From Felis catus (Eukaryota): a stretch of DNA of 64,000 nt. A model generated the notes under the pieces. It did no database searches, was not told where the DNA came from, and worked only from the letters and a program-made list of their open reading frames with translations. The position numbers were made by a program, and so were the translations under genes. Of this stretch, positions 25,808-39,511 are shown piece after piece. Every line of letters starts with the position of its first letter. Positions within the stretch are counted from its first letter, which is position 1. The stretch lies in the NCBI RefSeq assembly GCF_018350175.1, contig NC_058382.1, positions 49,850,001-49,914,000 on the forward strand, given 5' to 3'.

Positions 25808-25969
25808 CTGGGATGTGGCAGGAGGGTGTGGAGTGAGCCCCCAGCCACTTTTCCACTCATCCTTCTCTCCTCCCACCCACCCACAGCTGAGACTGGCCTC
25901 TCGTGCATGGTGGCCTACTCAGGCATCAGTAACTCTTTCTTCAAGGATGGATGACCTCCCGTGCAACAA

Positions 25970-26708
25970 TTTTTTCTAATGTTTATTTATTTTTGAGAGA
26001 GAGAGAGAGAGAGTGGGAGGGGCAGAGAGAGGGAGACACAGAATCTGAAGCAGGCTCCAGGCTCTGAGCTGTTAGGACAGAACCCGATGCGGGGCTCGAA
26101 CTCATAAACTGCGAGATCATGACCTGAGCTGAAGTCGGCCGCTTAACCGACTGAGCCACCCCAATAATTTAAATCATCTATGTTCAGTCTTCCCTTTTGC
26201 AGGGATAGAAACAGGGGTCAATATCCACCTTTCACAGGTTTTACAGCTAGTTATAAAATACCCCTCTCTATTCCAAGGGGAGCAGTAATTCCTTACATTT
26301 TTTAAGGAGACCATATTTTCAACCCCTTTGTCTTTTTCTTGCTCTTCCTTGAATGCTCTGTAATTTATCTCTTTTAAGTGTAGAAATGGAAATAGGATAA
26401 AGTACAAATAATAAGCATCTAATCCTTTGAAGAAGGAAACGATCTCCTGCCTTCTAATATCACATTCCTGTTGACATATGCTACTATATAAACCTTCATA
26501 TAAAATGTTTATATCTTGGGGTGCCTGGGTGGCTCTGTCAGTTAAGTGTCAGACTCAGCTGCAGTCTTCAGCACCGTGTTGGGCTCTGTGCTGAGCCGAC
26601 GTTGCTGAGTGTGCTTGGGATTCTCTCCCTCTCTCTCTCTGCCCCTCCCCTGCTCGTGCATGCCTGCTCTCTCTCTCTCTCTCAAAATAAGCAAGCTTAA
26701 AAAAAAAG
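25970..26708. mobile_element. Two Can-SINEs in TMEM231 intron 4 (25970-26162 -, 26518-26708 +)
   Basis: SINE consensus; TSD aaaa-gtttatatctt for the plus copy. Confidence 0.88.
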
Positions 26709-27891
26709 GTTTATATCTTATCGTCCCCCTCCTTTTCTTTTTTTTAACTTATATTATGGCTAAAGTGACCATAAATACATTTATCTGGAACAGTCCTGGT
26801 TTATGCCTGTAATAACTGATAACACTGAATTTCATTTTCAAAAGTAGAGCAGCCCAACTTATGTGGCCCCCCATGTGGTAAAAGAAAGGTTAGTCATGAG
26901 CGATCATATGCATGAGTTCCAGCCCCGGAGAGACAGTTCATGGTTCTGTTATTTACAAGCAGCAGGACTTGGGGAAAATTCATTAGTCTCTATCCGCCCC
27001 AGTTTCCTCATGTGTGAAGGAGAGTTCAGTCTTTGAACAAATCTGTCTGAGTGCTTTCAGTGTGCCGGGCCCTGTTTTAGGTACTGGAGTGACAGTATAG
27101 AAGATGTCAGTGCTTTTGCCACTGGGGAAAAACAGCTAGCAAAGAACTGAAAACAGATCTTTGATATTTCCAGTGGAAGTACAGAAAAGAAATCTGGGTG
27201 TGGAGTGATGGGCAGGGAGGAGAATGCTCTTTAGAAAGGAGTGTCAGGGAAGGACTGTGCTCAGGGATATTCCAGCAGGGACCCGAATGCAGTAGCAGAG
27301 CAGGCTGTGTGGACACTTGGCAGAGGGAAAGGCCAAGTGCATAACCTGGGGGGGTGGGGGGGGGCAGGAACTTCCTTTTGCAGGCTTGAGGAACAGCAAG
27401 AGGGCCCGTGTGGCTAGAAAGCAGCCAGGGGGACCGTGATGGGACAAGAGGCTGGGGAGGTGGGAAATGACAGGAGCAGGCGTCTCACGAGGCTGCTGTC
27501 ATGATTCAATGAGATGATACATTTAAACCTCTTAACGCAGGGCTGGCATATGTTATGTGCTTAATAAACGGTGGTTAGTACGATTCCCCCAGTGTTTTAC
27601 ACGAACTGCAAAACACCGCTTGGATTATGCCGTGTGTGTGCACACGGGCACCCAAAAACAACACGCAGTTTAGTTCTTAAAGACAGATTCCCCCCCTCTT
27701 TTTAGATACAAATACAGGTGTATCTGTCTCTATGTTTGGAAATAATTCATGGCAAGAATTCCTCAGAAATCCTCTTCTGTGCCACCCACAGAAAAATGCT
27801 ATTTCCAACTTTCATGTCCTCCCTCTTCAAAGAACTTGGGAAATGGTAACAGAGAGAAACAAAAGAGGTGGACAGTAAAAAGCACCCTTAC

Positions 27892-28035
27892 GTTGTACCG
27901 AACGTCGAGGCCACCGCAGCTCAGGGGATGCTTCTGCTGCAGCCTCAGGTCTCCGTTCACATACAGCTGCGACCCTGGCACAGCAAAGGAGGACTGGAGA
28001 AACGCCATGCTCTGCATCACGAATGTCGACATCCT
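27892..28035 (-). CDS. TMEM231: TMEM231 exon 4
   Basis: ttcag|[48 protein letters not shown]|gtaagg; 144 nt. Confidence 0.95.
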
Positions 28036-28329
28036 CTGAAATCATCACAAGGAGAGACGATAGCCATTTCAGTCGCATTGGAAGGCTCTGTGTTCCCAGC
28101 ATCCCTGTCTGTGGTTGCTGCCTACTAGTCCCTTAAACACCAGGGTTAGCCATGCAGGAAGCACCCCGCCCAGAAAACCCCCTGAGCATCTTAGCAGCTC
28201 ACCTACATTAATAGGAGCCCGATGAGAAGCATTCAATTTCCCTCAATTAAACCCCAAACTACACCTCATAATAGAGCCTTGTGCAGCGTGAGTTTTCCTA
28301 GAGATCAGGGAGAGGGCTCCGTTCTATTA

Positions 28330-28503
<174 letters not shown>

Positions 28504-28902
28504 CTAGGAAACCCAAAGAGGGCCAGTGACCCTGGTCCTTAATGAGTCTGGGAAGAAGCCACTGTTGTACACGTGACCCATTCCTTTGCTATTCACAGGA
28601 TTTATCACCCCCACCAAAGGAAACAAAGGAATAAATGGGTATAAATGGATCAATATCAGGGAAAGAGACGCCATGTACGTGGCCCCTGACTTTCATACTA
28701 GTGCTTCTCAAACTGAAGAGGAGCTTGAAGCGGCAAGATCAACAGCACCGGGATGGCATTTTTCTTTTTTCGTTGACTCCTTTGATCTTTTTGGTTTGTT
28801 GTGCTGCTGGTGTGTTCTTTTTTCTTTGGAAACACATCTTGAGTTTACATGGAATATTTAAATAGCACATTAGAATTGCCTTCTGCTTCTCTAGAAGTCA
28901 GC

Positions 28903-29367
28903 TTTTTATTTTTATTTAAAAAAATTTTTTTTAATGTTTATTTATTTTTGAGACAGAGAGAGACAGAGCATGAGCAGGGAAGGGGCAGAGAGAGAGGGAG
29001 ACACAGAATGTGAAGCAGGCTCCAGGCTCCGAGCTGTCAGCACAGAGCCCGACGCGAGGTTCGAACTCACAAACTATGAGATCATGACCTGAGCCAAAGT
29101 CGGGCGCTTAACCGACTGAGCCACCCAGGCGCCCCTAGAAGTCAGCTTTCTAAAATAGAAAAAAGGGGAGCTGGGTGGCTCAGTCGGTTGAGCATCCGAC
29201 TTTGGCTCAGGTCACGATCTCACAGTTTGTGAGTTCGAGCCTCGCATCAGGCTCTGTGCTGTCAGTGCGGAGCCTGCTTCCGATCCTCTGTCTCCCTCTC
29301 TCTCTGCCCCCTCCCCTGCTTGTACTCTTGCTCTCTCTCTCAAAAGTAAATAAACATTAAAAAAAAT
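28903..29367. mobile_element. Head-to-head Can-SINE pair (28903-29135 -, 29165-29367 +)
   Basis: TSD ctagaagtcagcttt for the minus copy; taaaatagaaaa-like TSD for the plus copy. Confidence 0.9.
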
Positions 29368-31781
29368 TGTTTTAAATAGAAAAGAAATGAATCTTCCTCA
29401 TTACGCATTCCCCCAAACAGACTCAGAAGAAAACCACCGAGCTCTACCTATACTTTGTTTAACCACGAGCATCTTTGCTTTAGCCTATCGATACTGGACC
29501 TCGTTCTCATCATTGATGTCGGGGCTTGGAAGCTGAGTGCCTCTTTTAGTACCAATCAACACAATGAAAAAGGAAGCTATGTAAAATCAGTGAGGCATTA
29601 AAACTACACAGATGATTTACAAATTATGGACATGAAAGTAGGGAAAACAGAGACCTAAGGAAGGAAAAAGGCAAACGACGGCTCATAAAAAACACCAGAA
29701 TCCGGCCTCACCTCCCGTAGTCCCACCCCATAGTGACCCTAAAATGAGTAACCGGGAAGATGGTCACTGAAATAAGATCACTGTGACACGATTCCTTGGC
29801 ACAGCTCTGGATCCTGTTGCTACAAGTGACCCTTTTCCCCTGTAGGGCCTCAGAAAGATTCTACTATGGTATATCAACATTCTCATCTGCATGCTCTGTG
29901 AACAGATTCATTTTGCTTTCTGCCATTACTACCACGCAAGGAAGAGATTCTTTGTTCTTTTTCGGGCTACTACGGTTGTTTGAGATGAAGCCAGCTCAGT
30001 TTTCAGGACCTTTCAATCATGTCTTTCCTTCTAGACAATAATGTCCTTATCCTAGGCCTTGTGACAGAGAAGCCTACCCTCTCTCTCTTCTGTCGGATTC
30101 TGTTTTCCCTGTCCTGTTCCATCAGCTTCACAGGTGTAGGGGAGAGATATCTGTTACAAGGCTGGCGATCAAGTCGCTGAGGCAATGAGGTATTAGCAAT
30201 TTTGAGTAGGATGGGGAACAGGCTGCCTTGTCTTCCCGTGAATTTTCTTTGGTTGGGAAGACTGGCGAGACAAAGTCGCGTTAACTCTATGTAGCGGACC
30301 CCTGCCTTCTGGATCTTAGGATTGGAGAGGAAGACAAAGATCAAACGTCTCCACTTGCAGGACAGGAGAGTGGCTGGGATGAGTTGCTAGAAGAATCCAG
30401 ACCCCAACACAGTGTGGGGGGGACAGAAATACATTTTTCATTTGATCTTTACAATAAAGACTGAGGGAAGCAGAGCGAGTATTATCCCCACTGTATGGAC
30501 GAGAAAATTGAGGTTCAGGGAGATGGAGGGGTTTGTTATGTGTGGCTAGTAGTGGTAAAGACTGGATTTGAAACCTCATCTTTGACTTAGAATCTCGTCC
30601 TCTTTCTAGGACTAAAACGCCCAGACTTAAAAAACCAAACACTCAAGGGGAAAACGTTGGGTAGGACAAATCTTTTTGCAAAAAGCCAGCATCAAAGTTT
30701 GTAAGTCTGTGTTCTGTCTGTGCACACACTTCTGCTTCAAATTCACACAGGACAGGGATATGACACCGGGGAATAATTTAGTGTCTGCCTGTTAAATTCA
30801 CACGTTACTTTGTCAAGTATTTTTTTAGGGGCCTACTAGGTGCCAGGCACTGTCGGGTGCTGGGAATATAATGGCAACCAAAACAGAACTCCTTACCCTA
30901 ATGGCGCTTTTGTTCCCGGCCAGGGAGGCAGAAGATAAATCAATAAACAAATAAATGTGGTAAGTGCCACAAAGAGAGATAAAATAGGCTGAAATGAAAG
31001 AATGACAGGGTAGGATTTCACAGCCATTTTTTACAGGAAATTTTCAGGAATATCTGACTGTGGGAGGCTGGAATGAAGTGAGGTGATGAGGCACAGAAAT
31101 ATCTGGGGTAAGAGTGATCCCTGCTGACAAAGTTCACCCGCTCCGCGCTGTGCGCTGTGTGCAAAGTGGGTCAGTGCTTAAGGGAGCGACGAGGCCAGTG
31201 CCGCCGAGTGGGTGAGGAGGGAGGCGGAGGCTGAGGCCAAGGCAGCAGGGGGCTGAACGAATGATGTATGCACTGCATCTCCCACAAGTGCCTGCCGCCA
31301 GGTCCGGCTGTCACCCCCGCAGGGTGGGCAGGGTGGGCTGTATTTTTGTGCCAGCACTTGGACCACTGATGACATCCACCATTTCATTCCGCTGAGTTCA
31401 AATCAAGCTTAACACATGTGCAACAGGTCTAAAGGCAGGCATTCAGAGAGCTAATACTTCTTTAACACAAGTTCAAGGTTAGTATCTAAAACCCAATTGG
31501 TGTGTTTGGCTGAGAGAATTCATAAATTACACCAGTACCTTATTTTTACAAGGCATATGTGCAATTTGAAGCAATTTGTATATCCATTGATTGTCCCATC
31601 TGATTCCTCTGCATACCTCAGCTATAGTAAAAATTAGCAATAATTAAAAAGAGCTCTTTACAGTATTACATTGAGGCTAAGAAAGGGTATGGGACCCAGT
31701 GACAGAACTGGGGCTAGGACTTAGATTTACAGGCTCTATTTAGTGCTCCTTCTACAATAGCCCACAAGAACCTTAATTTCA

Positions 31782-32243
31782 GGGGCACCTGGGTGGCTCG
31801 GTCCGTTAAGCGTCTGACTTCGACTCAGGTCATGATCTCACAGTTTGTGGGTTTGAGCCCCACATCAGGCTTTGCACTGATGGTGTGGAGCCTGCTTTGG
31901 ATTCTGTGACTCCCTCTTTCTCTGCCCCTCCCCCACTCTCTTTCTCTCTGTCTCTCAAAAAAATAAACATTATAAACTTTTTTAAAAAAAAGAACCCTAA
32001 TTTTATTTATTTATTTATTTATTTATTTTTAATTTTTTTCCAATGTTTATTTATTTTTGGGACAGAGAGAGACAGAGCATGAACGGGGGAGGGGCAGAGA
32101 GAGAGGGAGACACAGAATCGGAAACAGGCTCCAGGCTCTGAGCCATCAGCCCAGAGCCTGACGCGGGGCTCGAACTCACGGACCGCGAGATCGTGACCTG
32201 GCTAAAGTTGGACGCTTAACCGACTGCGCCACCCAGGCGCCCC
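31782..32243. mobile_element. Tail-to-tail Can-SINE pair (31782-31990 +; ~32000-32243 -, young subfamily)
   Basis: Target motif aagaacc-taattt present three times (~31766, ~31990, ~32245). Confidence 0.9.
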
Positions 32244-33074
32244 AAAGAACCCTAATTTTAAAGACTTCTGGTGGTTAAAGCAGGATAATCCTTTAGGATA
32301 TATGTGAAATCAGTACAAATATACTAGGTGAGATAAATGCAGGCATTGGTAGGTTTAGTCAATTCTCATCAGTGTGCCTAGATCCATCTGGGGCCAATCA
32401 GGAAGACAGAAACAAAAGTAAACAATAACTTTAACAGAGGGAGTGTAGTACAGGGAATAATTAGTAACAAAGGTATTAGAGGATCAGAAAGGCGGGCGGG
32501 GGGGGGGGAGTACCAAGTTAGGGTGATGGCAGGAAGCAGCACCACACCTAGGTCTGCAGAAGGAAGGGAAGAGGCTGGCATTACCTCAAGGAGCTGGGAC
32601 CCAGACCTCAGGAGCCTGGAAGAAAGAACCCACCAGAGGGAATCAATAAGGCTGGAGACTTCTTCCTTCGGTTTGCTTAACCCGGGCAATGGTTCTTCCC
32701 TCTGGTTGCAGTTTCAAGTTTTCTCCCACTCCCAGAAGTAAGCTCATCATGCCTCCTACAGGCCGAGCTTCACAGAGAGCCAGTGGGCAAAGGAGGATGT
32801 GGTTTTCAGCAACTCAGAGAGCAGGACAAGGCAGGGTGGAGGAGGATGGGTGTGGAGCGGAACAAGACCCACTGACATGCACACCACCTGACTGTGAGAG
32901 TTGCTGTAAATTTAATCACCGCCATTACTTCCGGAGGGCTCCAACTTGTAACATTTTCCCCATCGGAGATTCTATAGTATTGATGGCTTGTTGGAATTTT
33001 GTTAGGCCCCTGTTTGCTTTCATGCCTTTTAATTCTTTCATATCATATTCTTTCATCAAAGGTTAATTTATTAA

Positions 33075-34535
33075 TTTTTTTCAAAGGATTTTATGTTTAA
33101 GTAATCTCTATACCCAATGTGGGCTCAAACTCATGATCAAGAGTTGCATGGAGTACCAACTGAGTGAGCCAGGCGCCCCAAGTTTAGTTTCTTAGTGTAT
33201 ACCACTGTCCATCGTGCTGTATTACTTGTCATCATTAGGTGTTTCATTTTTTTCTTTTAATGTTGAAAATATTCTTTGGCACAGTCTTTCGGTCTCCAGC
33301 AAAGTAGGGACCAATAGACTCATTTATGGCCCCTAGACTCATCAAATCCTTGCTACCTGCATTTCAATGAACCTAAGATACCAACAATTATAAAATGCAC
33401 CATTACTTTATATCCTAGCACCTATTATATGGGCACTTGGATGGCTTGGTCAGTTGAGTGTCTGACTCTTGATTTCCGCTCAGGTCATGATCCCAGGATC
33501 GTGGAATTGAGGCCGACGTCAGGCTCGGTGCTGAGTGTGAAGTCTGCTTAAGATTCTCTCTCTCTCTGCCCCTCTTCCCTGCTCACCCACTCTCTCTCAA
33601 ATAAAACAATATATATGTATATACTTATTTATATATATGTACATACATATATATGTATATACTATACATGTATATACATATACATATATATACATAATAA
33701 ATTGATCTAGGGATTCCTAAAACTTCTTTACATTTTGATACTCTTGCATCACTTTGTGACTCAATGTTAGCCATGCTTTTCTATGTAATTTTGTCTTTTG
33801 GTAAAATATTTTTAAAAAATTTTTTAACGTTTATTCATTTTTGAGAGACAGAGAGAGAGACAGAGTGTGAGTGGGGAGGGGAGAGAAGAGAGGGAGACAC
33901 AGAATCCGAAGCAGGCTTCAGACTCTGAGATGTCAGCACAGAGCCTGATGCGGGGTTCCAACTCACCGACCGCAAGATCATGACCTGAGCCAAAGTCAGA
34001 CGCTTAACTGACTGAGCCATCCAGGTGCCCCAATAAAATTTTTTTTCTGATAAAATATTTTTAAAAAAAACTTTTTTTTCAACGTTTATTTATTTTTGGG
34101 ACAGAGAGAGACAGAGCATGAACGGGGGAGGGGCAGAGAGAGAGGGAGACACAGAATCGGAAACAGGCTCCAGGCTCTGAGCCATCAGCCCAGAGCCTGA
34201 CGCGGGGCTCGAACTCACGGACCGCAAGATCGTGACCTGGCTGAAGTCGGACGCTTAACCGACTGCGCCACCCAGGCGCCCCTAAAATATTTTTAAAAAA
34301 TTAACTAAAATCCATTGGTCTGGGCTCTTAAGCAGGCTTTAAAATTATGGGGCGCTTTGGTGGTTCAGTTAGTTGAACATCCAACTCTTGGTTTCAGCTC
34401 AGGTCATGATCCCAGCCCCGCGTTGGGCTCTATGCTCAGCATGAAGCCTGCTTAAAATTAGCCTCTCTCTCTCCCTCTGCCCCTCTTCCCACCTTACATG
34501 CGTGCTCTCTCTCTCTCTCTCTCCCTCAAATACAA
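33075..34535. mobile_element. Five Can-SINEs (33075-33179 -, 33431-33605 +, 33810-34031 -, 34072-34283 - young, 34349-34535 +) and a TA-rich tract at 33608-33695
   Basis: SINE consensus bodies; TSD taaaatatttttaaaaaa around the young copy. Confidence 0.85.
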
Positions 34536-35209
34536 ATTTTAAAAGTTATGTAGAGCTAGCCTATTTTTAAGTGCCTCTTGAACCTTCCAAATGGCCAACA
34601 TTTGGTTCTCAGGGTTAAGATAATGTTTAATTATTGTTGCTGGGGTTTTCTTTCAAGATGCCGTTGTCCCTTCTGGAAGTTTTGACCCTGGCACATCTGA
34701 TGTTTGCACATGGGTAGGCAATGAGGACTATGCCAAGCCTGTCTCCCGGCAGCAGCTATTGTAAGATACCTTAGAGAGGACAGATTTTGATTTGAGAGAT
34801 GTGAAAACAAAATGGGTATCTCAAATGCATGATGCTCTCCACTCACCTTCCTGAATCCCTTTATAGCCTTCAGCCCCCATATTCTATGGGTCCACACATG
34901 CCTTAAAGAGCTAAGTCACCTTCACCTTATTGAAGAGAGAGGTCACCCTGTGCTTTTTTTTTTTTCCTTCTGTCATTAGCAACAATAGCAACAACCAGAA
35001 ACTCAGACTTTGAAAGCATAGGGACTTTAGAGACGCCGTGCAAGGTGATCTGACCAAAAGGAGAAGCAAGGCCGTTTCTGACTGCTGAGGCATTTTCCCA
35101 AATTAGCAACCACAAAGCCACTCCCCAGCATTTGGTCAAACCTTGACCTAAAACCACTGCTTCCCTGGTGTATTACCATAAGATCACCCACCTGCTTTAA
35201 AACAAAACT

Positions 35210-35790
35210 GAGACTTAGTTCACATATGATAAAATATACAATTCAGTAGATTTTAGGATATTCAAAAGTTGTGCAACGATGACCACTATCTAAGTTCCAA
35301 TTTCAAAATATTTTCTTCATCCAGAAAAGGAACCCCAAGCACATGAGTCACTACCCATCTCTCCCCTTCCCCAATTCCCCAAGCCTGTGGAATCCTAATT
35401 TCTGTCTCTACAGATTTGTCTATTCTGAACATTTAATATAAATGGAATCATACGCTGTGCTGTTTTGTGGTTGGATTCTTTCACTTAGCATGTTTTGAAG
35501 GTTCATCCACACTGAACCTTCCTTTCTGTGGTTGAATAATGTTCCATTGTATGGCTATAACACATTTCGTTTATCCATTCATTTGTTGATGGACATTTGG
35601 GTTGGGTTTTTTGCTATTAGAAATAAAGCCTCTATGAACATTTGTGCATGAGGTTTTGTTTAGCTATAGGTCTTCAATTCTCTTGGGTACACATATACCT
35701 AGGCATGGAGGTGCTAGAAAATACGGTAATTCTAGTTTAACTTTTTGAGGAACTGCAAACTATTTTCCAAAGCGGCTGTGTCACTTTATG
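35210..35790 (-). mobile_element. L1MB-like 3' end
   Basis: ttcacatatgataaaat...gttgtgcaac...aaatggaatcatac...gtttatccattcatttgttgatggacatttgggttg, antisense L1 3' end. Confidence 0.7.
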
Positions 35791-35899
35791 TACTTAGCAG
35801 CTGTTATTGTTTTTGGTTTGTTTTTGCCTTACTTGGGCACTTTCTAAATTTTTTCCTTTAAAAATTGTTGTCGTTATAGTCTAAATATCTGGAATATGT

Positions 35900-36413
35900 A
35901 TTACACTCTTATCATACAAAATTTAAAAGGTAAAAGGGTATACAGCAAAATAATATATAGTGAAAAAGTTTCTCTCCCATCCTAACCTTAGCTACTTAAT
36001 TCCTTCCCCAGAGCAATCAATGTTGTGTCTTTTGAATCCTTCCAGAGAAAGAACATGCATGTGTGTATATGTGTATACAACCACACACACATATGTTGCT
36101 ATTTTTTCTATTATTTTTATATGAATGGAAGCTTACAATATATAATTTTTGGTTTTTGTACTTACCAATTTCTTTTGGAGGCAATTCAATATACAGAGAT
36201 CCACTTCATTAAAAAAATAGCTAGGGGTGCCTGGGTGGCTCAGTTCGTTGAGCGTCTGACTCTTGATGTCAACTCAGGTCATGATCTCAGTTTGTGGGCT
36301 CGAGCCCCGTGTCAAACCTGCTTTAGAGTGTAGCCTGCTTGGGATTCTTTCTTCCTCTTTCTCTGTCCCTCCCCAACTTGTGTGTGTGCATGCATGCACT
36401 CTCTCTCTCTCTC

Positions 36414-36465
<52 letters not shown>

Positions 36466-36885
36466 CAACTTAGGGGTGCCTGGGTGGCTCAGTTGGTTGA
36501 GCATTCGACTTTGGCTCAGGTCATGATCTCACGGTTTATGAGTTCGAGCCCTGCATTGGGCTCTGTGCTGACAGTTCAGAGCCTGGAGCTTGCTTCAGAT
36601 TCTGTATCTTCCCCTGTCTCTGTCCCTCCCCCTGCTCATACTCTGTCTCTCTCTGTCTCTCTCTCTCAAAAATAAACAAATATTTAAAAAAAATTAAAGA
36701 AATAATAACTTAAAAAAATGGCTATGCCGGGCACCTGGGGTCAGTTAGTTAAGCCTAGGACTCTTGATTTTGGCTCAGGTCAAGATCTCATGATTCTTAA
36801 GATTGAGCCCAGGATGGAGCTTGCTTGGGATTCTCTCTCTGCCCTTCTCCCACTTGCACAGGAACTCTCTCTCAAACTAAATAAA

Positions 36886-36925
<40 letters not shown>

Positions 36926-38470
36926 ATGCAACATTCCACTGGGCAGATGTACCACAATTTCTTTGCTGAGTCTTCTATTACTACATGGGTTGTTTACCTA
37001 ATTACAAACAATGCTGCAATAAGCAACTTTTTACATAACTCGTTTCACATGTGTGCACAAACCTAGGGTACCTGGCTGGAAATGGAAGCAGGCTTGAAGC
37101 AGGCCTGAAGCAGGCCTGTACATCTGTAGTTTTGATAAATAAGGACATGTATTCCTTCAAAGAGGTTGTTCCAATCTACACTCCCATCAGTGGCACACGA
37201 ATGTGCTCACACACTTCCCTACGTCTTGACCACGGTGTTGTCACACTTCAATTTTTGCCTATTTGATAGATTAAAAAATGGCATCTCAATATATTCTTTG
37301 CGTTTCTCTAATCGTGCGTGTGATTTCATATATTTAAGAGTCAAATGTGTTTCCTTTTCTCTGAACTGTTTACATTCTTTGTTTTTCTAGTGGGTGCTTG
37401 GTCTTTTAATTATAGATCTGTAGGCACTGTATGTTAGGGAAAGGAGCTTTTTACAAGTGATACAAATAATAAAACTTTTTCCTAGTTGTCATTTGTGTTT
37501 TGACTGTGCTTATGGTTTTACCATGCCAATAGTTTTAAAAAATTATTTTTATTTTTATAGAGTTGAATTTACCCAAAAGTTTCTTTTATGGCTTCTAGAT
37601 TTAATGTCACACTTCAAATAACCTTTCCTATTCCAAGATATAAAAGCTTTCGCCCACCATTTGTTTCATTACTTTTATTATTTCATTAAAATTTTTTTTC
37701 ATGTTTATTTTTGACAGAGAAAGACAGAATATGAGTGGAGGAGGGGCCAAGGGAGGGGAGACACCGACTCTGAAGCAGGCTCCAGGTTCTGAGCTGTCAG
37801 CACAGAGCCTGACGCGGGGCTCCAACTCACGAACCGTGAGATCATGACCTGAGCCGAAGGTGGAGGCTTAACCGCCTGAGCCACCCAGGTGCCCCTTATT
37901 TCACATTTTAAATTGAATTTTTATCTGTCTGGACTTTAATTCTGGTGTAGAGTCTGAGCCCTGGCTCCATTTTAACTTTTTCCATATGGCTTCCCAGTTG
38001 TCCCTACACCATTTTATTATGTAAGTCAGCTTTCGTCACTGATTTAAAATGCCACCTTTATGATATATGAGTCCTTTTCTATACTTTTTATACAAGTTCT
38101 TCAAACCACACTGCTTTACTTATTATGGCCTTAACGTATAGTTTATTATCTGATAGAGCTATTCTCCTTGTATTACCCTTCTCTTTGTCCTAGAGTTTCT
38201 GTCTATCCCTCCAAACTGTTAAGTTTTCATTGAAAATGCATTGAAAGTATAGATTAACCAAGGGAGAAGAGGTATCTTTATGATGTTGAATTTTCCTATC
38301 CAAGAGTATGACAGAAATCACCATTCTTTTGATCTCTTTTGTGTCATTCACCAGTCTTTTTATTTACATAGACCTTGTACATTTCTTGTTAAGCTTATTC
38401 CTAATGAGTTTATTTGTTGAGTTGCTGTTGAGATCTGTACTTGCACTATATCTTCTAGCTCATTGATTTG
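35900..38470 (-). mobile_element. Old L1ME-like fragment interrupted by Can-SINEs (36223-36465 + with (TAA)n tail, 36473-36700 +, 36729-36922 +, 37692-37895 -)
   Basis: T-rich antisense L1 motifs (acaatgctgcaataa; tccatatggcttcccagttgtccctacaccatttta); clear SINE heads; (TAA)n at 36414-36460; ~35-nt A tract at 36888-36922. Confidence 0.65.
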
Positions 38471-39297
38471 TATCTTATGATTGGAAATTATTCTCAAACC
38501 AAGGGCTCAGCTAGAATGAAGCAAATCATTTACTGAGAAAGAACACAGATGACATACTCATAGATTACTTATAGACACTGGCCTGGAATGGAGGGGAAAG
38601 AAAGACTAGGAAAAAGGAGCTTTGGCTTTGTGTTACATAGTGTAAAATTACCTGGTATTAAAAAGGATTAATAGTTCTGGGCACCATAAAAATAAGAGAT
38701 TGTCTTGGTTTTGTGGATGAAAAATTGGCGAAGCAGGGGGAACATGAGCAGTGCTCTTGAGGGAGTAGTTTCCGGTTACAGAGATAAGAGCCTCGCTAAC
38801 TAGCAGTCAGTTGGGGAAGCCAGTCAGTTAGTGGATGAACAAATGAATAAAACCTAATGTTGTATCCTCGTTTTCATGATTATTTTTAAGTTTTCCTAAT
38901 TAATTCTTAGACTCAAGTAACCAGGGAGTATGAGAGAGAGGAATACACAAATGTGATGAAAAAAATCTTCTACCAAAACCTTAAAAGACAGGGAATACTA
39001 ATCTAAAGTAAAACGAGCAAGTTAATTTTTTGTTTGGAATAAACAACGCTTTTGCTTCCACTTTTGGAAAGTAATCACATGCATGTGGAACACGAGAAAT
39101 ACAGTGGGTATACAGTGAAAAGTAAGCACATCTTGACACAGCCTCTCATCCATAGTCACCCTTCTCCACAGGCATTATCATCTCCAGTAAGAATAAAAAT
39201 GGGCAACATGTAATGATTAGTGAGGAGTTACTGAAGGAGATTTATCTCCTACTCCAGTTCTATGTTTTAAAATCAATTTTTTAATCCCATCTGGTAA

Positions 39298-39511
39298 TTT
39301 TTTTTATGTTTTTATTATTTATTTTTGAGAGAGGGAGAATGCAATTTGGAAACAGATATGGGGAAGGGACAGAGATAGAGGCAGACAGAGAATCCAAAGC
39401 GGGCTCCATGCTGAGAGCAGAGAGCCCGATGTGGGGCTCGAACCCACCAACTGTGAGATCATGACCTGAGCCGATGTCTGACGCCTAACCGACTGAGCCT
39501 CCCAGATGCCT
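39298..39511 (-). mobile_element. Can-SINE
   Basis: Reverse-complement SINE body with T-rich tail. Confidence 0.85.

Noticed and set aside
37085..37117. 3 x 11-bp tandem repeat gaagcaggc(t/c)t
   Set aside because: Short slippage repeat inside degenerate L1; no unique spacers, not CRISPR-like.
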